Shown here: positions 20,304 through 29,281 of the stretch, one piece after another
Position numbering within the stretch: position 1 is the stretch's first letter
Layout of the letters: every line of letters starts with the position of its first letter
Virus record (IMG/VR): IMGVR_UViG_3300045790_000889
Length of the DNA: 64,000 bases
Reading direction: 5' to 3' (one strand)
Origin: an uncultured virus (IMG/VR IMGVR_UViG_3300045790_000889)
Taxonomy: Duplodnaviria > Heunggongvirae > Uroviricota > Caudoviricetes
The notes under the pieces: generated by a model
Seen by the model: only the letters and a program-made list of their open reading frames with translations
Databases searched by the model: none
What the model was told of the DNA's origin: nothing
Program-made: the position numbers and the translations under genes

Positions 20304-22183
20304 TGGCTACTTATATTCAAAGTGGTGCGATCACTGATGGTGGTTTCGGATATGATTCTGCACCATTAATAATAGTTGCAGCACCAACTATTCCAATACT
20401 CAAAGCAGTTATGCGCCCAGCCTTAGATAGTGCTGCTACAACAATATCAATTGGAGTTGTTACCGCTGGATCACATTATCTGAGTGCGCCAAATATTACA
20501 ATATCACCACCCACGGATTCAAGTAATAAACAAGCGTTAGTATCGGCAATATTGGAGGGGGATAAAGTAAGTTCTTTTTCGGTCACTACTGCTGGTAAAT
20601 TTTATGACAGTTCTAGTACAGTTACTTTAACAATATCACCACCCACAGATTCAAGTGATAAACAAGCGTTAGTTACATCGTCAATATTGTCTAATAAAGT
20701 TTCTGGTTTAACAATAACTAATGCTGGTAAATTTTATGATAGTGATAGTGCTGGCACAGCAAATATAACGATAGCGGCTCCATTGGATAATGATAAACAA
20801 GCGTTAGTTACATCTTCAATATTGTCTAATAAAGTTTCTACTTTGACGATAACTAATGTGGGTAAATTTTATGACAGTTCTACACCACCAACCATAACCG
20901 TTTCGCAACCAACTGGTGATAGTAATAAGCAAGCAACATTATCGTTACAATATGATGATACAACCAATAAAGTTTCTGGTTTAACAATAACTAATGCTGG
21001 CAAACTTTATGATGTTTCATCACCACCAACAATAACTATTTCGGCATTTGATTCTGTTGGTGGTTCAACTGCAAGTGCAAGTGCAACAATAGTTAATAGT
21101 AGACTCTCCAGTGTCTTAATCACAGATTCTGGAAGTGGATATACTTCACCACCGACTGTTACGGTTTCGGCACCAACGCTACCATTAAGCGATTTTACCG
21201 CGACTGCTACAGGCACTGTAGCCAACAACAGATTAAATTCTGTGTTGATTACTGACTCTGGAGATTTTTATTCTAGCGCACCGACTATTATGATTTCTGC
21301 TCCAACGCTACCATCAAGCAATTTTACCGCGAGTGCGAGTTTAGTGATAGTTGACAATGTGGTATCTACTGTGACTATTACAGATTCTGGAGATTTTTAT
21401 ACTTCTCCACCCAGTGTGACTATTTCCGCACCAGAAAAGATAGCAAGTGACTTCACTGCTAGTGCATTACCAGTGATAACCAATGCGGTTTTATCATCTT
21501 TAACTATAACAGATTCTGGAAATTTTTATACAGATGCCCCAACAGTAATTATCTCAGCCCCAACCAAAGTCGCCACTGATTTTACAGCCACTGCCGTTGC
21601 AAATATGAATCCAGTTGATAGTGATAATAGTATTTTATCTGCTACAATGACTAATCCTGGAAGATTTTATACGGAATTGCCGACAGTAATTTTTGATAGT
21701 GCAACTGGAGACAGTAACCATTTCAGGGCGGCTGGATTTTCTACTGTATCTCCAAATAGAACAATATCAGGAGTAACAATAACGGCTAGGGGAAAATATT
21801 ATGATCTAAGTCTTGGATCACCCTCAATTTGGATTGCCCCACCGATTTTGGCAAAATATTCTGTTGGTGAGAAAATATCTCATCAATTAGCAACCACTAA
21901 ACTTAGAGGTGAAATAACTAATTTTAATTCAGAAACTGGTGTAATGTCTTTAGTTCATGTGGGTGCTGATGATGGTAAGTATCATACTTTTTCAATTGGA
22001 TCAGACTCAGATGTTGTTGGTGCTGATAATGGATTTAGAACAGAAATTTTATCAGTAAAAGAAGTTAATAAAATTTCTTCAAATGAACAGAATGAAGAAT
22101 TTGCTGCTAATGTTAGTGGTACTACATTAGATTTCTTGGATTTTTCTGAAACTAATCCATTTGGTGATCCAGGAGACGAATAA
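20303..22183 (+). CDS. Repeat-rich protein carrying a gp14-type C-terminus (apparent second half of a split gp14)
   Basis: About ten TITxxGxxYxxxPTVTISAP-type units; ends QNEEF...DFLDFSETNPFGDP; has its own GGAG SD and a TAATG overlap. Confidence 0.7.
   Translation: MATYIQSGAITDGGFGYDSAPLIIVAAPTIPILKAVMRPALDSAATTISIGVVTAGSHYLSAPNITISPPTDSSNKQALVSAILEGDKVSSFSVTTAGKFYDSSSTVTLTISPPTDSSDKQALVTSSILSNKVSGLTITNAGKFYDSDSAGTANITIAAPLDNDKQALVTSSILSNKVSTLTITNVGKFYDSSTPPTITVSQPTGDSNKQATLSLQYDDTTNKVSGLTITNAGKLYDVSSPPTITISAFDSVGGSTASASATIVNSRLSSVLITDSGSGYTSPPTVTVSAPTLPLSDFTATATGTVANNRLNSVLITDSGDFYSSAPTIMISAPTLPSSNFTASASLVIVDNVVSTVTITDSGDFYTSPPSVTISAPEKIASDFTASALPVITNAVLSSLTITDSGNFYTDAPTVIISAPTKVATDFTATAVANMNPVDSDNSILSATMTNPGRFYTELPTVIFDSATGDSNHFRAAGFSTVSPNRTISGVTITARGKYYDLSLGSPSIWIAPPILAKYSVGEKISHQLATTKLRGEITNFNSETGVMSLVHVGADDGKYHTFSIGSDSDVVGADNGFRTEILSVKEVNKISSNEQNEEFAANVSGTTLDFLDFSETNPFGDPGDE
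20498..21620 (+). repeat. Tandem domain repeats in the 626-aa ORF
   Basis: DNA repeats acaatatcaccacccac.gattcaagt.ataaacaagcgttagt (~20499, ~20630) and gataaacaagcgttagttacatc (~20657, ~20792); acagattctgga repeats in the second half. Confidence 0.85.
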
Positions 22184-22977
22184 TGTTACAATATTTTTAT
22201 CACGAACGAATTAGAAAATCAGTTGCAATATTTGGAACTATGTTTAATAACATTTATGTTCTAAGAAAAGATTCTTCTGGTAAAGTTATAAGTCAAGTGA
22301 AAGTTCCACTTTCATACGCACCTAAAGTAAAATATCTGGATAGGATTAGAGAGAATCCAAGTCTTGAAAATGATACAAGAGTTGCTATTAAACTTCCTAG
22401 AATGTCCTTTGAGATAACATCATTCACGTACAATGCTGAACGTAAACTACCTAAAATGAATGCGTATGATAATAATTTATCTGTCACATCTAATACTAAA
22501 AGAAATAAATTTTTTAGCCCTGCGCCATATGATATTGCATTTCAATTGAATATCTATGCAAAGACACAAGATGATGCTCTGCAAATGGTAGAACAGATAA
22601 TACCATATTTTAATCCTCATTATACCATAACAATGAAACCTTTTGCAACATTAGCCTCTGACATAAAAGAAGATGTTCCTATCACTTTAACAAGCGTAAA
22701 TTTTGCGGATGATTTTGAGGGATCATTAGAGCAAAGAAGAACTATAATTTATACTTTAGATTTTACAATGCTGGCAAACTTTTATGGGCCTATTAATGAT
22801 CATAGCATTATTAGAAAATCAATCGCTAATGTTTATGATCAAATCGCAGGAGATTCTGATGATCCTCAATTGTCTCAATATACTATTGAACCAAATCCTT
22901 TAAATTTAGCACCACCGCAAGGAGATAGTGATTTCGGATTTACTGAAACAATAAAAGAAAATTTTGATAGCGCATAG
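22183..22977 (+). CDS. gp15: Tail terminator/sheath stabiliser gp15
   Basis: YFYHERIRK..FGTMFN..KVPLSYAPK..LPRMSFE..QMVEQIIPYF signature. Confidence 0.95.
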   Translation: MLQYFYHERIRKSVAIFGTMFNNIYVLRKDSSGKVISQVKVPLSYAPKVKYLDRIRENPSLENDTRVAIKLPRMSFEITSFTYNAERKLPKMNAYDNNLSVTSNTKRNKFFSPAPYDIAFQLNIYAKTQDDALQMVEQIIPYFNPHYTITMKPFATLASDIKEDVPITLTSVNFADDFEGSLEQRRTIIYTLDFTMLANFYGPINDHSIIRKSIANVYDQIAGDSDDPQLSQYTIEPNPLNLAPPQGDSDFGFTETIKENFDSA

Positions 22978-22985
22978 GAAAAAAA

Positions 22986-23366
22986 ATGAGTGATTCAGAT
23001 AATGAAAAAAATGATATTGAGTTTACAAGACAAACATATTACGATCTAATCAATAAAGGCCAAAATGCTTTAGATGAAATGACTTCAATCGCAAGTGCGT
23101 TAGAGCATCCTAGAGCCTTTGAAGTTGTTGCGGGTTTAATTAAAAATGTATCAGAAGTAAGTGATAAACTTATTGATCTTCATAAAAAGAAATATGAATT
23201 AAGTAGGATTGATCCTATATTGGAAGGTGGTACTACAAATAATTTATTTGTTGGGTCTACTGTAGAACTACAGAGAATGCTTCAAGATATGAAAGAGCCA
23301 AAAACTGTTGATATTAAAGATAATGCAAATATCATAGAATTTAATCCAAAGAACGACGATGACTGA
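22986..23366 (+). CDS. gp16: Terminase small subunit gp16
   Basis: EHPRAFEV...NNLFVGSTVELQ. Confidence 0.93.
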   Translation: MSDSDNEKNDIEFTRQTYYDLINKGQNALDEMTSIASALEHPRAFEVVAGLIKNVSEVSDKLIDLHKKKYELSRIDPILEGGTTNNLFVGSTVELQRMLQDMKEPKTVDIKDNANIIEFNPKNDDD

Positions 23367-24960
23367 TCGTCAAGTAAACAATTCATATCTTGGAAATATG
23401 AATGTAAAACGTGATGGAGTAGTCCAAGATTGGGATCAAGCAAGTGTCTTGGAATATCAAAAATGTATGAATGACCCAGCATATTTCGCTAAAACGTATT
23501 GTAAAATAATATCACTTGATAAAGGTCTTGTCAATTTTGATTTATACCCCTATCAAGAAAAAATGTTTAACCAATTTACCGATAATAGATTTTCTATTGT
23601 TCTGGCGTGTCGGCAATCAGGTAAATCAATATCATCAGTAGCATATTTACTTTGGTTTGCTTTGTTTAACCCAGAACAAGTTATTGCAGTGATGGCAAAT
23701 AAAGGCGCGACAGCAAGAGAAATGTTAGGAAGAGTAACTCTTATGTTAGAGAACCTACCTTTCTTTTTACAGCCCGGTTGTAAAGCACTGAATAAAGGTT
23801 CAATTGAATTTAGTAATAATTCTAGAATTGTGGCGGCGGCTACATCTGGTTCTTCTATTCGTGGTATGTCTGTAAATCTCCTATATCTTGACGAATTTGC
23901 ATTTGTTGAGAGGGCGAATGAGTTTTATACTTCAACATATCCTGTTGTTTCTGCTGGGGAAAATACTAAGGTTATCATCACTTCTACTGCAAACGGCATA
24001 GGTAATGTATTCCATAAAATTTGGGAAGGTGCTGTTCAAGAAGTAAATGAATATAAGCCCTTTCGCGTTGATTGGTTTGATGTTCCGGGCAGAGATGAGG
24101 AATGGAAAAATCAAACTATAGCAAACACTTCACAAGTACAATTTGACCAAGAATTTGGAAACACATTTATTGGTACTGGCAATACACTCATTGAAGTGGA
24201 AACCTTACTCTCATTATCAGCAAGAATCCCTAAAAGAAGAATTGACAAGGACAGTGTTTTAATATATAATGAACCGATAGAAGGCCATACCTATACATGT
24301 ATGGTAGATATTGCACAAGGTAGAGGTAGAGATTATTCAACCTTTAATATAATAGATGTTTCAAGTGACATATTTGAACAAGTCGCAGTATATAGAAATA
24401 ATCTGATATCACCATTACTATTTCCAAACATAATTTACAAATATGCCAAAGCATATAATATGGCAACTGTTGTGGTTGAATCTAATGATGCTGGCATGGT
24501 TGTAGCAAACGGATTATATCACGATCTAGAATATGAAAATATGTATGTAGAATCATTAGTGAAAGCAGATTCTATTGGTATTAAAATGAATAAAAAAGTA
24601 AAAAGAATGGGTTGTTCATCATTCAAAGACTTACTTGAAAATCAAAAAATACTTATACACGATGAAAATACTATTTTAGAAATATCCACATTTTCAGCAA
24701 AGGGAAATTCATGGGAAGCGAGTGATGGTAATCATGATGATCTAGTAATGAATTTTGTTCTTTTTGGTTATTTTGTAGGTACACTTCATTTTAATGAAAT
24801 TACAGATATAGAAATTAAAGATTTATTATTTTCCCAAAGAATGGAAGAAATTGAGAACGATGTGCTTCCATTTGGATTTATAGATGATGGGCGAGACGAA
24901 ATTACTGTTGATCATGATGCAGGTAGATGGCATGTGCAAACAGAGTATGAAAGGTTCTAA
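23359..24960 (+). CDS. gp17: Terminase large subunit gp17
   Basis: RQSGKS Walker A, YLDEFAF Walker B, ITSTANG, HDDLVM nuclease motif. Confidence 0.97.
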   Translation: MTDRQVNNSYLGNMNVKRDGVVQDWDQASVLEYQKCMNDPAYFAKTYCKIISLDKGLVNFDLYPYQEKMFNQFTDNRFSIVLACRQSGKSISSVAYLLWFALFNPEQVIAVMANKGATAREMLGRVTLMLENLPFFLQPGCKALNKGSIEFSNNSRIVAAATSGSSIRGMSVNLLYLDEFAFVERANEFYTSTYPVVSAGENTKVIITSTANGIGNVFHKIWEGAVQEVNEYKPFRVDWFDVPGRDEEWKNQTIANTSQVQFDQEFGNTFIGTGNTLIEVETLLSLSARIPKRRIDKDSVLIYNEPIEGHTYTCMVDIAQGRGRDYSTFNIIDVSSDIFEQVAVYRNNLISPLLFPNIIYKYAKAYNMATVVVESNDAGMVVANGLYHDLEYENMYVESLVKADSIGIKMNKKVKRMGCSSFKDLLENQKILIHDENTILEISTFSAKGNSWEASDGNHDDLVMNFVLFGYFVGTLHFNEITDIEIKDLLFSQRMEEIENDVLPFGFIDDGRDEITVDHDAGRWHVQTEYERF

Positions 24961-24971
24961 AATACAGTTTA

Positions 24972-24979
24972 TATAAATA
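24972..24979 (+). promoter_or_regulatory. T4 late promoter
   Basis: TATAAATA upstream of gp18. Confidence 0.85.
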
Positions 24980-25043
24980 CAAGTGATTGAACATAACCGT
25001 ATTATGAAGAACTTATTAATTTACTTGGAAAAGGAAAAGAGAA

Positions 25044-27128
25044 ATGGCATTAACAGCACCCTCTGAATCTCCTGCAATCGTTGTAAAAGAAGTTGATTTA
25101 ACTAGTGGAGTCCCAAACATACCTACATCTACAGGTGCTATGGTCGGGAACTTTTCTTGGGGTCCATGTGACATACCCACACTGGTTAGCAACGAAGCAA
25201 CATTAGTCGGAACTTTTGGAAGTCCAGATACAGTTAACACTGGTGATTTCCATGCAGCAAATCAATTTTTGCGATACTCAGATGATTTATATATCGTTAG
25301 AGAATATACAGATACAGCAAAAAACTCATACGAAACAACGGCTGGGGCGGCAACTTATACTGGATTGACTCATGCATCAATCTCTGGTGCGGCTGGCGCA
25401 AGCGCAACTGGTACTGGGGCAGTATGGACAGTAGTAAAAAGTGGTGGTGTTTATTCAGCAGCACTGACAAATGAAGGAACTGGCGGCGACTATAATGTTG
25501 GCGATTCAGCAGTTATTCTTGGAACTAGTTTAGGTGGCGCAACGCCAGCAAACGATCTGAAGATTATAATCACAGGCGAAGATTCTGCTGGTGGAACTGG
25601 TATAGTTGATATTGGTACATTCACAACTTCTGGTACGCCAGTAGCAGGAAGCGGATCAATCCCATTAGTAACAAATACTGACAACTTTGATGGGCAAAAA
25701 GCCCAACTTGGCACAGATGGACACACATTTGTCGCAAAATATCCAGGTGTTCTTGGAAATAGTTTGAAAGTTTCTATGGTCGGGGCGTCTGCGACTGATT
25801 CGGATTTCACTAATTGGACGTATAGATCATATTTTGATGCTGCGCCAGAAACTTCATCCTTCGCAAACACCGCTAGTGCGGGTGCGAGTACAAATGTCAC
25901 TAATGATGAAGTTCATGTTGCCATTATTGATGAAGAAGGCGAGGTTTCAGGAATTGCTGGTACAGTTTTAGAAACATTCCCATTCGTTTCTTTGATACTA
26001 GGAGCAAAAACTAATCAAGGATCAACAAATTATATTCAAGAAGTACTAAACAGAAATTCACAATATGTTTGGTTACCTTCTGTCAATGATTCTAGATTTG
26101 GTACAAATGTAGGTACAGCACCAACAGGAACCAAAAATTTTGCGGCGTCATTTGGAACTGGTAGTAAAAAAGAACTTACAATATCTCTTGGTGGAGGTGT
26201 AAATTCGGCGGCACTTGCGGCAGCAGATTTTGGAACTGGTTTTGCCAAATTCAATGATCCAAATGCTTTAGCAATTGATTTCATGATTGCTCCTGGCCTA
26301 GCGACTGCTCAAAATCATCAAACTGTTGTAAATAACATGGTATCTATAGCACAAAACACACGTAAAGATTGTATGGTATTGGCTTCACCAAATCGTGAGG
26401 CTGTAGTTGGAAAGCAAACTTCAGCACTAGCAGTTACCGCGATTACGGCAGCACAAAGTAGTCATCAATTCACTAGAAGTTCTTATCTAGCGGTTGATAA
26501 CAACTATCTAAAAGTTTATGACAAATATAATGATCAATACATTTTTATTCCAGCAGCATCTTCTACAGCAGGTATTATGGCGGCAACAGATAATAACTTT
26601 GCTCCATGGTTCTCACCAGCAGGTACTCGTAGAGGTCAATATTTTGGCGTAACTAGTTTGGCATATTCGCCAACTAAATCAGAGAGAGATACACTGTATA
26701 AAGCAGGTATCAACCCAATCGCTAATATTCCGGGTCAAGGCGTATTGCTTTATGGTGATAAAACTCACTTAGCAAGACCATCCGCATTTGATCGGATTAA
26801 TGTTCGCAGGTTGTTCCTTGTTCTTGAGAGAGCAATTTCAGCAGCGGCACAAAACATTCTGTTTGAATTTAACGATGAATTTACAAGAGCCGAATTTGTA
26901 AATATCGTTGAACCTCTACTCAGAGATGTGAAAGGTAGAAGGGGAATTACCGATTTCAAATTGGTTTGTGATGAAACTAATAACACACCGTTAATTATAG
27001 ATTCAAATCAATTTATCGCTTCCCTATTCATCAAACCTGCAAGGTCTATTAACTTCATCACTCTTAACTTTGTTGCTGTACGCACTGGAGTTTCGTTTGA
27101 AGAAGTTGTTGGCACTTCTGGCGTATAA
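25044..27128 (+). CDS. gp18: Tail sheath protein gp18
   Basis: SPAIVVKEVDLT, PWFSPAG.RRG, SAFDRINVRRLF, FIKPARSINFITLNF. Confidence 0.97.
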   Translation: MALTAPSESPAIVVKEVDLTSGVPNIPTSTGAMVGNFSWGPCDIPTLVSNEATLVGTFGSPDTVNTGDFHAANQFLRYSDDLYIVREYTDTAKNSYETTAGAATYTGLTHASISGAAGASATGTGAVWTVVKSGGVYSAALTNEGTGGDYNVGDSAVILGTSLGGATPANDLKIIITGEDSAGGTGIVDIGTFTTSGTPVAGSGSIPLVTNTDNFDGQKAQLGTDGHTFVAKYPGVLGNSLKVSMVGASATDSDFTNWTYRSYFDAAPETSSFANTASAGASTNVTNDEVHVAIIDEEGEVSGIAGTVLETFPFVSLILGAKTNQGSTNYIQEVLNRNSQYVWLPSVNDSRFGTNVGTAPTGTKNFAASFGTGSKKELTISLGGGVNSAALAAADFGTGFAKFNDPNALAIDFMIAPGLATAQNHQTVVNNMVSIAQNTRKDCMVLASPNREAVVGKQTSALAVTAITAAQSSHQFTRSSYLAVDNNYLKVYDKYNDQYIFIPAASSTAGIMAATDNNFAPWFSPAGTRRGQYFGVTSLAYSPTKSERDTLYKAGINPIANIPGQGVLLYGDKTHLARPSAFDRINVRRLFLVLERAISAAAQNILFEFNDEFTRAEFVNIVEPLLRDVKGRRGITDFKLVCDETNNTPLIIDSNQFIASLFIKPARSINFITLNFVAVRTGVSFEEVVGTSGV

Positions 27129-27148
27129 GATAGCATAGGAGATAAAAA

Positions 27149-27676
27149 ATGGCGATTTTAGGCGTAGACGATTTTAAAGCAAAATTAAAAGGGGGTGGCG
27201 CAAGAGCAAACCTTTTTAAAGCAACCATTAACTTTCCAGGATATGCAGCAGGTAATGTTGAACTTACATCTTTTATGTGTAGGGCAGCACAACTTCCAGC
27301 ATCAACACTGAATGCAATTGAAGTTCCCTTCAGAGGTAGACAGTTAAAAATTGCTGGAGATAGGACATTTGAAACTTGGACCACAACAATCATTAACGAT
27401 ACAGATTTTGGTACAAGAGATGCCCTAGAGCGTTGGATGAATGGTATTAATTCTCATACCACCAACATTGGATTTACCAATCCTCAAACTTATCAAGCAG
27501 ACCTTTTGGTTGATCAACTTGATAAGGATGAAAGTGTTCTGAAAAGATACATTTTCAGAGGTTGTTTTCCAACTAATATTTCTTCAATTGAATTATCTTA
27601 TGATACTCAAGATGCTATTGAAGAATTTACTTGCGAGTTCCAAGTACAATATTGGGAAAGTAATACCACAAGTTAA
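27149..27676 (+). CDS. gp19: Tail tube protein gp19
   Basis: GGARANLF...PFRGRQLKIAGDRTFETW...FPTNIS.IELSYD. Confidence 0.97.
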   Translation: MAILGVDDFKAKLKGGGARANLFKATINFPGYAAGNVELTSFMCRAAQLPASTLNAIEVPFRGRQLKIAGDRTFETWTTTIINDTDFGTRDALERWMNGINSHTTNIGFTNPQTYQADLLVDQLDKDESVLKRYIFRGCFPTNISSIELSYDTQDAIEEFTCEFQVQYWESNTTS

Positions 27677-27678
27677 CG

Positions 27679-27686
27679 TATAAATA
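27679..27686 (+). promoter_or_regulatory. T4 late promoter
   Basis: TATAAATA upstream of gp20. Confidence 0.85.
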
Positions 27687-27695
27687 CTTGTGAAA

Positions 27696-27719
27696 AGTGG
27701 GGGGATTCGTTCCCCCACT
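27696..27719. terminator. GC-rich UUCG stem-loop between gp19 and gp20 (terminator/attenuator or 5' stabiliser)
   Basis: agtgggggga-ttcg-ttcccccact; a U-tract follows only on the minus strand. Confidence 0.6.
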
Positions 27720-27743
27720 CAATATAAATTATAGGAATGTTTC

Positions 27744-29279
27744 ATGGCAGAAAATACGGTTTCTCTCTTTGGTTTTGAAATAAAACGAAAGAAGCAAGGT
27801 GATAAAGATTCGGAACGAATTAAAAGTGTAGTTGCGCCACAAAATGATGATGGTGCTGGATATGTTACTGCGTCTGGAAGCCACTTTGGTCAATATGTAG
27901 ACATTGATGGTGACAACACCAAAGATAATATCGCGATGATTAACAAATATCGTGGAATTGCTGTTCATCCAGAAGTTGATATGGCGATAGAAGATATTGT
28001 AAATGAAGCGATTGTAAATAATTCAGATGAAAGTACTTTATCCTTAAATACCGATGATATAGAAGCACCAGATAATATTAAAAAAATTGTTCAAGAGGAA
28101 TTTAAAAATGTTCTTTCAATGTTTGACGCATCTGAACATGCTCATGATTTATTTAAAAGATGGTACATTGATGGTAGAATTTATCATCACATTTTAGTTG
28201 ATGAAAAAAATGAAAAAGCGGGTATTCAAGAATTAAGATTTATTGATGCTACCAAAATAAGAAAAATTAAAGAAGTCAAAACTAAAAAAGACCCTAATAC
28301 AAATGCAGATGTTATTGAATCAATTAATGAGTATTTCATATATACCGAAAAACCAGGAAAAACATCATCAGGTCAAATACAGAATAAAGGTGTAAAATTT
28401 ACACTAGATTCAATTAATTATGTAACAAGTGGTCTTTTAGACGAATCTAGAAAAAAGGTTGTTTCTCATTTACATAAGTGCATTAAGCCTGTCAATCAAT
28501 TAAGAATGATGGAAGACTCTCTAGTAATTTACAGATTGAGTCGCGCACCAGAACGTAGAATTTTCTATGTTGATGTTGGTAACTTACCAAAAGGTAAAGC
28601 AGAAGAATACATGAAAAATATTATGACCAAATATCGTAACAAATTGGTTTACGATGCTGGTACTGGCGAATTGCGTGATGATCGTAAGCATATGTCAATG
28701 CTAGAAGATTTTTGGTTGCCGCGCAGAGAAGGTGGTAGAGGAACTGAAGTAACAACACTTCCAGGTGGTGATAACTTAGGTCAGATTGATGATATCATAT
28801 ATTTTCAAAAAAGACTTTATCGTTCATTAAATGTTCCACTGAATAGACTAGAACAAGAATCACAATTTTCTCTTGGTAAAAATAACGAAATTACAAGAGA
28901 AGAAGTAAAGTTTAGTAAATTTATAGACCGTCTTCGCAAAAAATTTAGTATGATTTTTTTACAAGTTTTGAAGAAACAATTAGTTCTTAAAAAAATTATA
29001 ACTGAAGCCGATTGGGATGTTTGGAAAACTACTATTAGAGTTGATTATGCAAGAGATAATTATTTTTCTGAGTTGAAAGATGCAGAAATATTAAGAGAAA
29101 GATTGCAGACGCTTGATATCATGTCTCAGTATGTTGGCGACTATTTCTCTAAAGAATGGGTATTTAAAAATGTATTAAAATATTCAGAAGAGGATATTAA
29201 AGACTTGAAATCTCAAGTAGAGGATGAAATAAAAAGCGGAGAAGTAGCAGACCCAGCCACCGCTGAAGAGGAAGATTAA
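27744..29279 (+). CDS. gp20: Portal protein gp20
   Basis: LFGFEI, WYIDGR, IYRLSRAPERRIFYVDVGNLPK, EDFWLPRREGGRGTE. Confidence 0.98.
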   Translation: MAENTVSLFGFEIKRKKQGDKDSERIKSVVAPQNDDGAGYVTASGSHFGQYVDIDGDNTKDNIAMINKYRGIAVHPEVDMAIEDIVNEAIVNNSDESTLSLNTDDIEAPDNIKKIVQEEFKNVLSMFDASEHAHDLFKRWYIDGRIYHHILVDEKNEKAGIQELRFIDATKIRKIKEVKTKKDPNTNADVIESINEYFIYTEKPGKTSSGQIQNKGVKFTLDSINYVTSGLLDESRKKVVSHLHKCIKPVNQLRMMEDSLVIYRLSRAPERRIFYVDVGNLPKGKAEEYMKNIMTKYRNKLVYDAGTGELRDDRKHMSMLEDFWLPRREGGRGTEVTTLPGGDNLGQIDDIIYFQKRLYRSLNVPLNRLEQESQFSLGKNNEITREEVKFSKFIDRLRKKFSMIFLQVLKKQLVLKKIITEADWDVWKTTIRVDYARDNYFSELKDAEILRERLQTLDIMSQYVGDYFSKEWVFKNVLKYSEEDIKDLKSQVEDEIKSGEVADPATAEEED

Positions 29280-29281
29280 TT

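Noticed and set aside
20285..20305. Programmed -1 frameshift joining the gp14 halves
   Set aside because: No slippery heptamer, a stop in the -1 frame at 20285, and a good SD for independent initiation.
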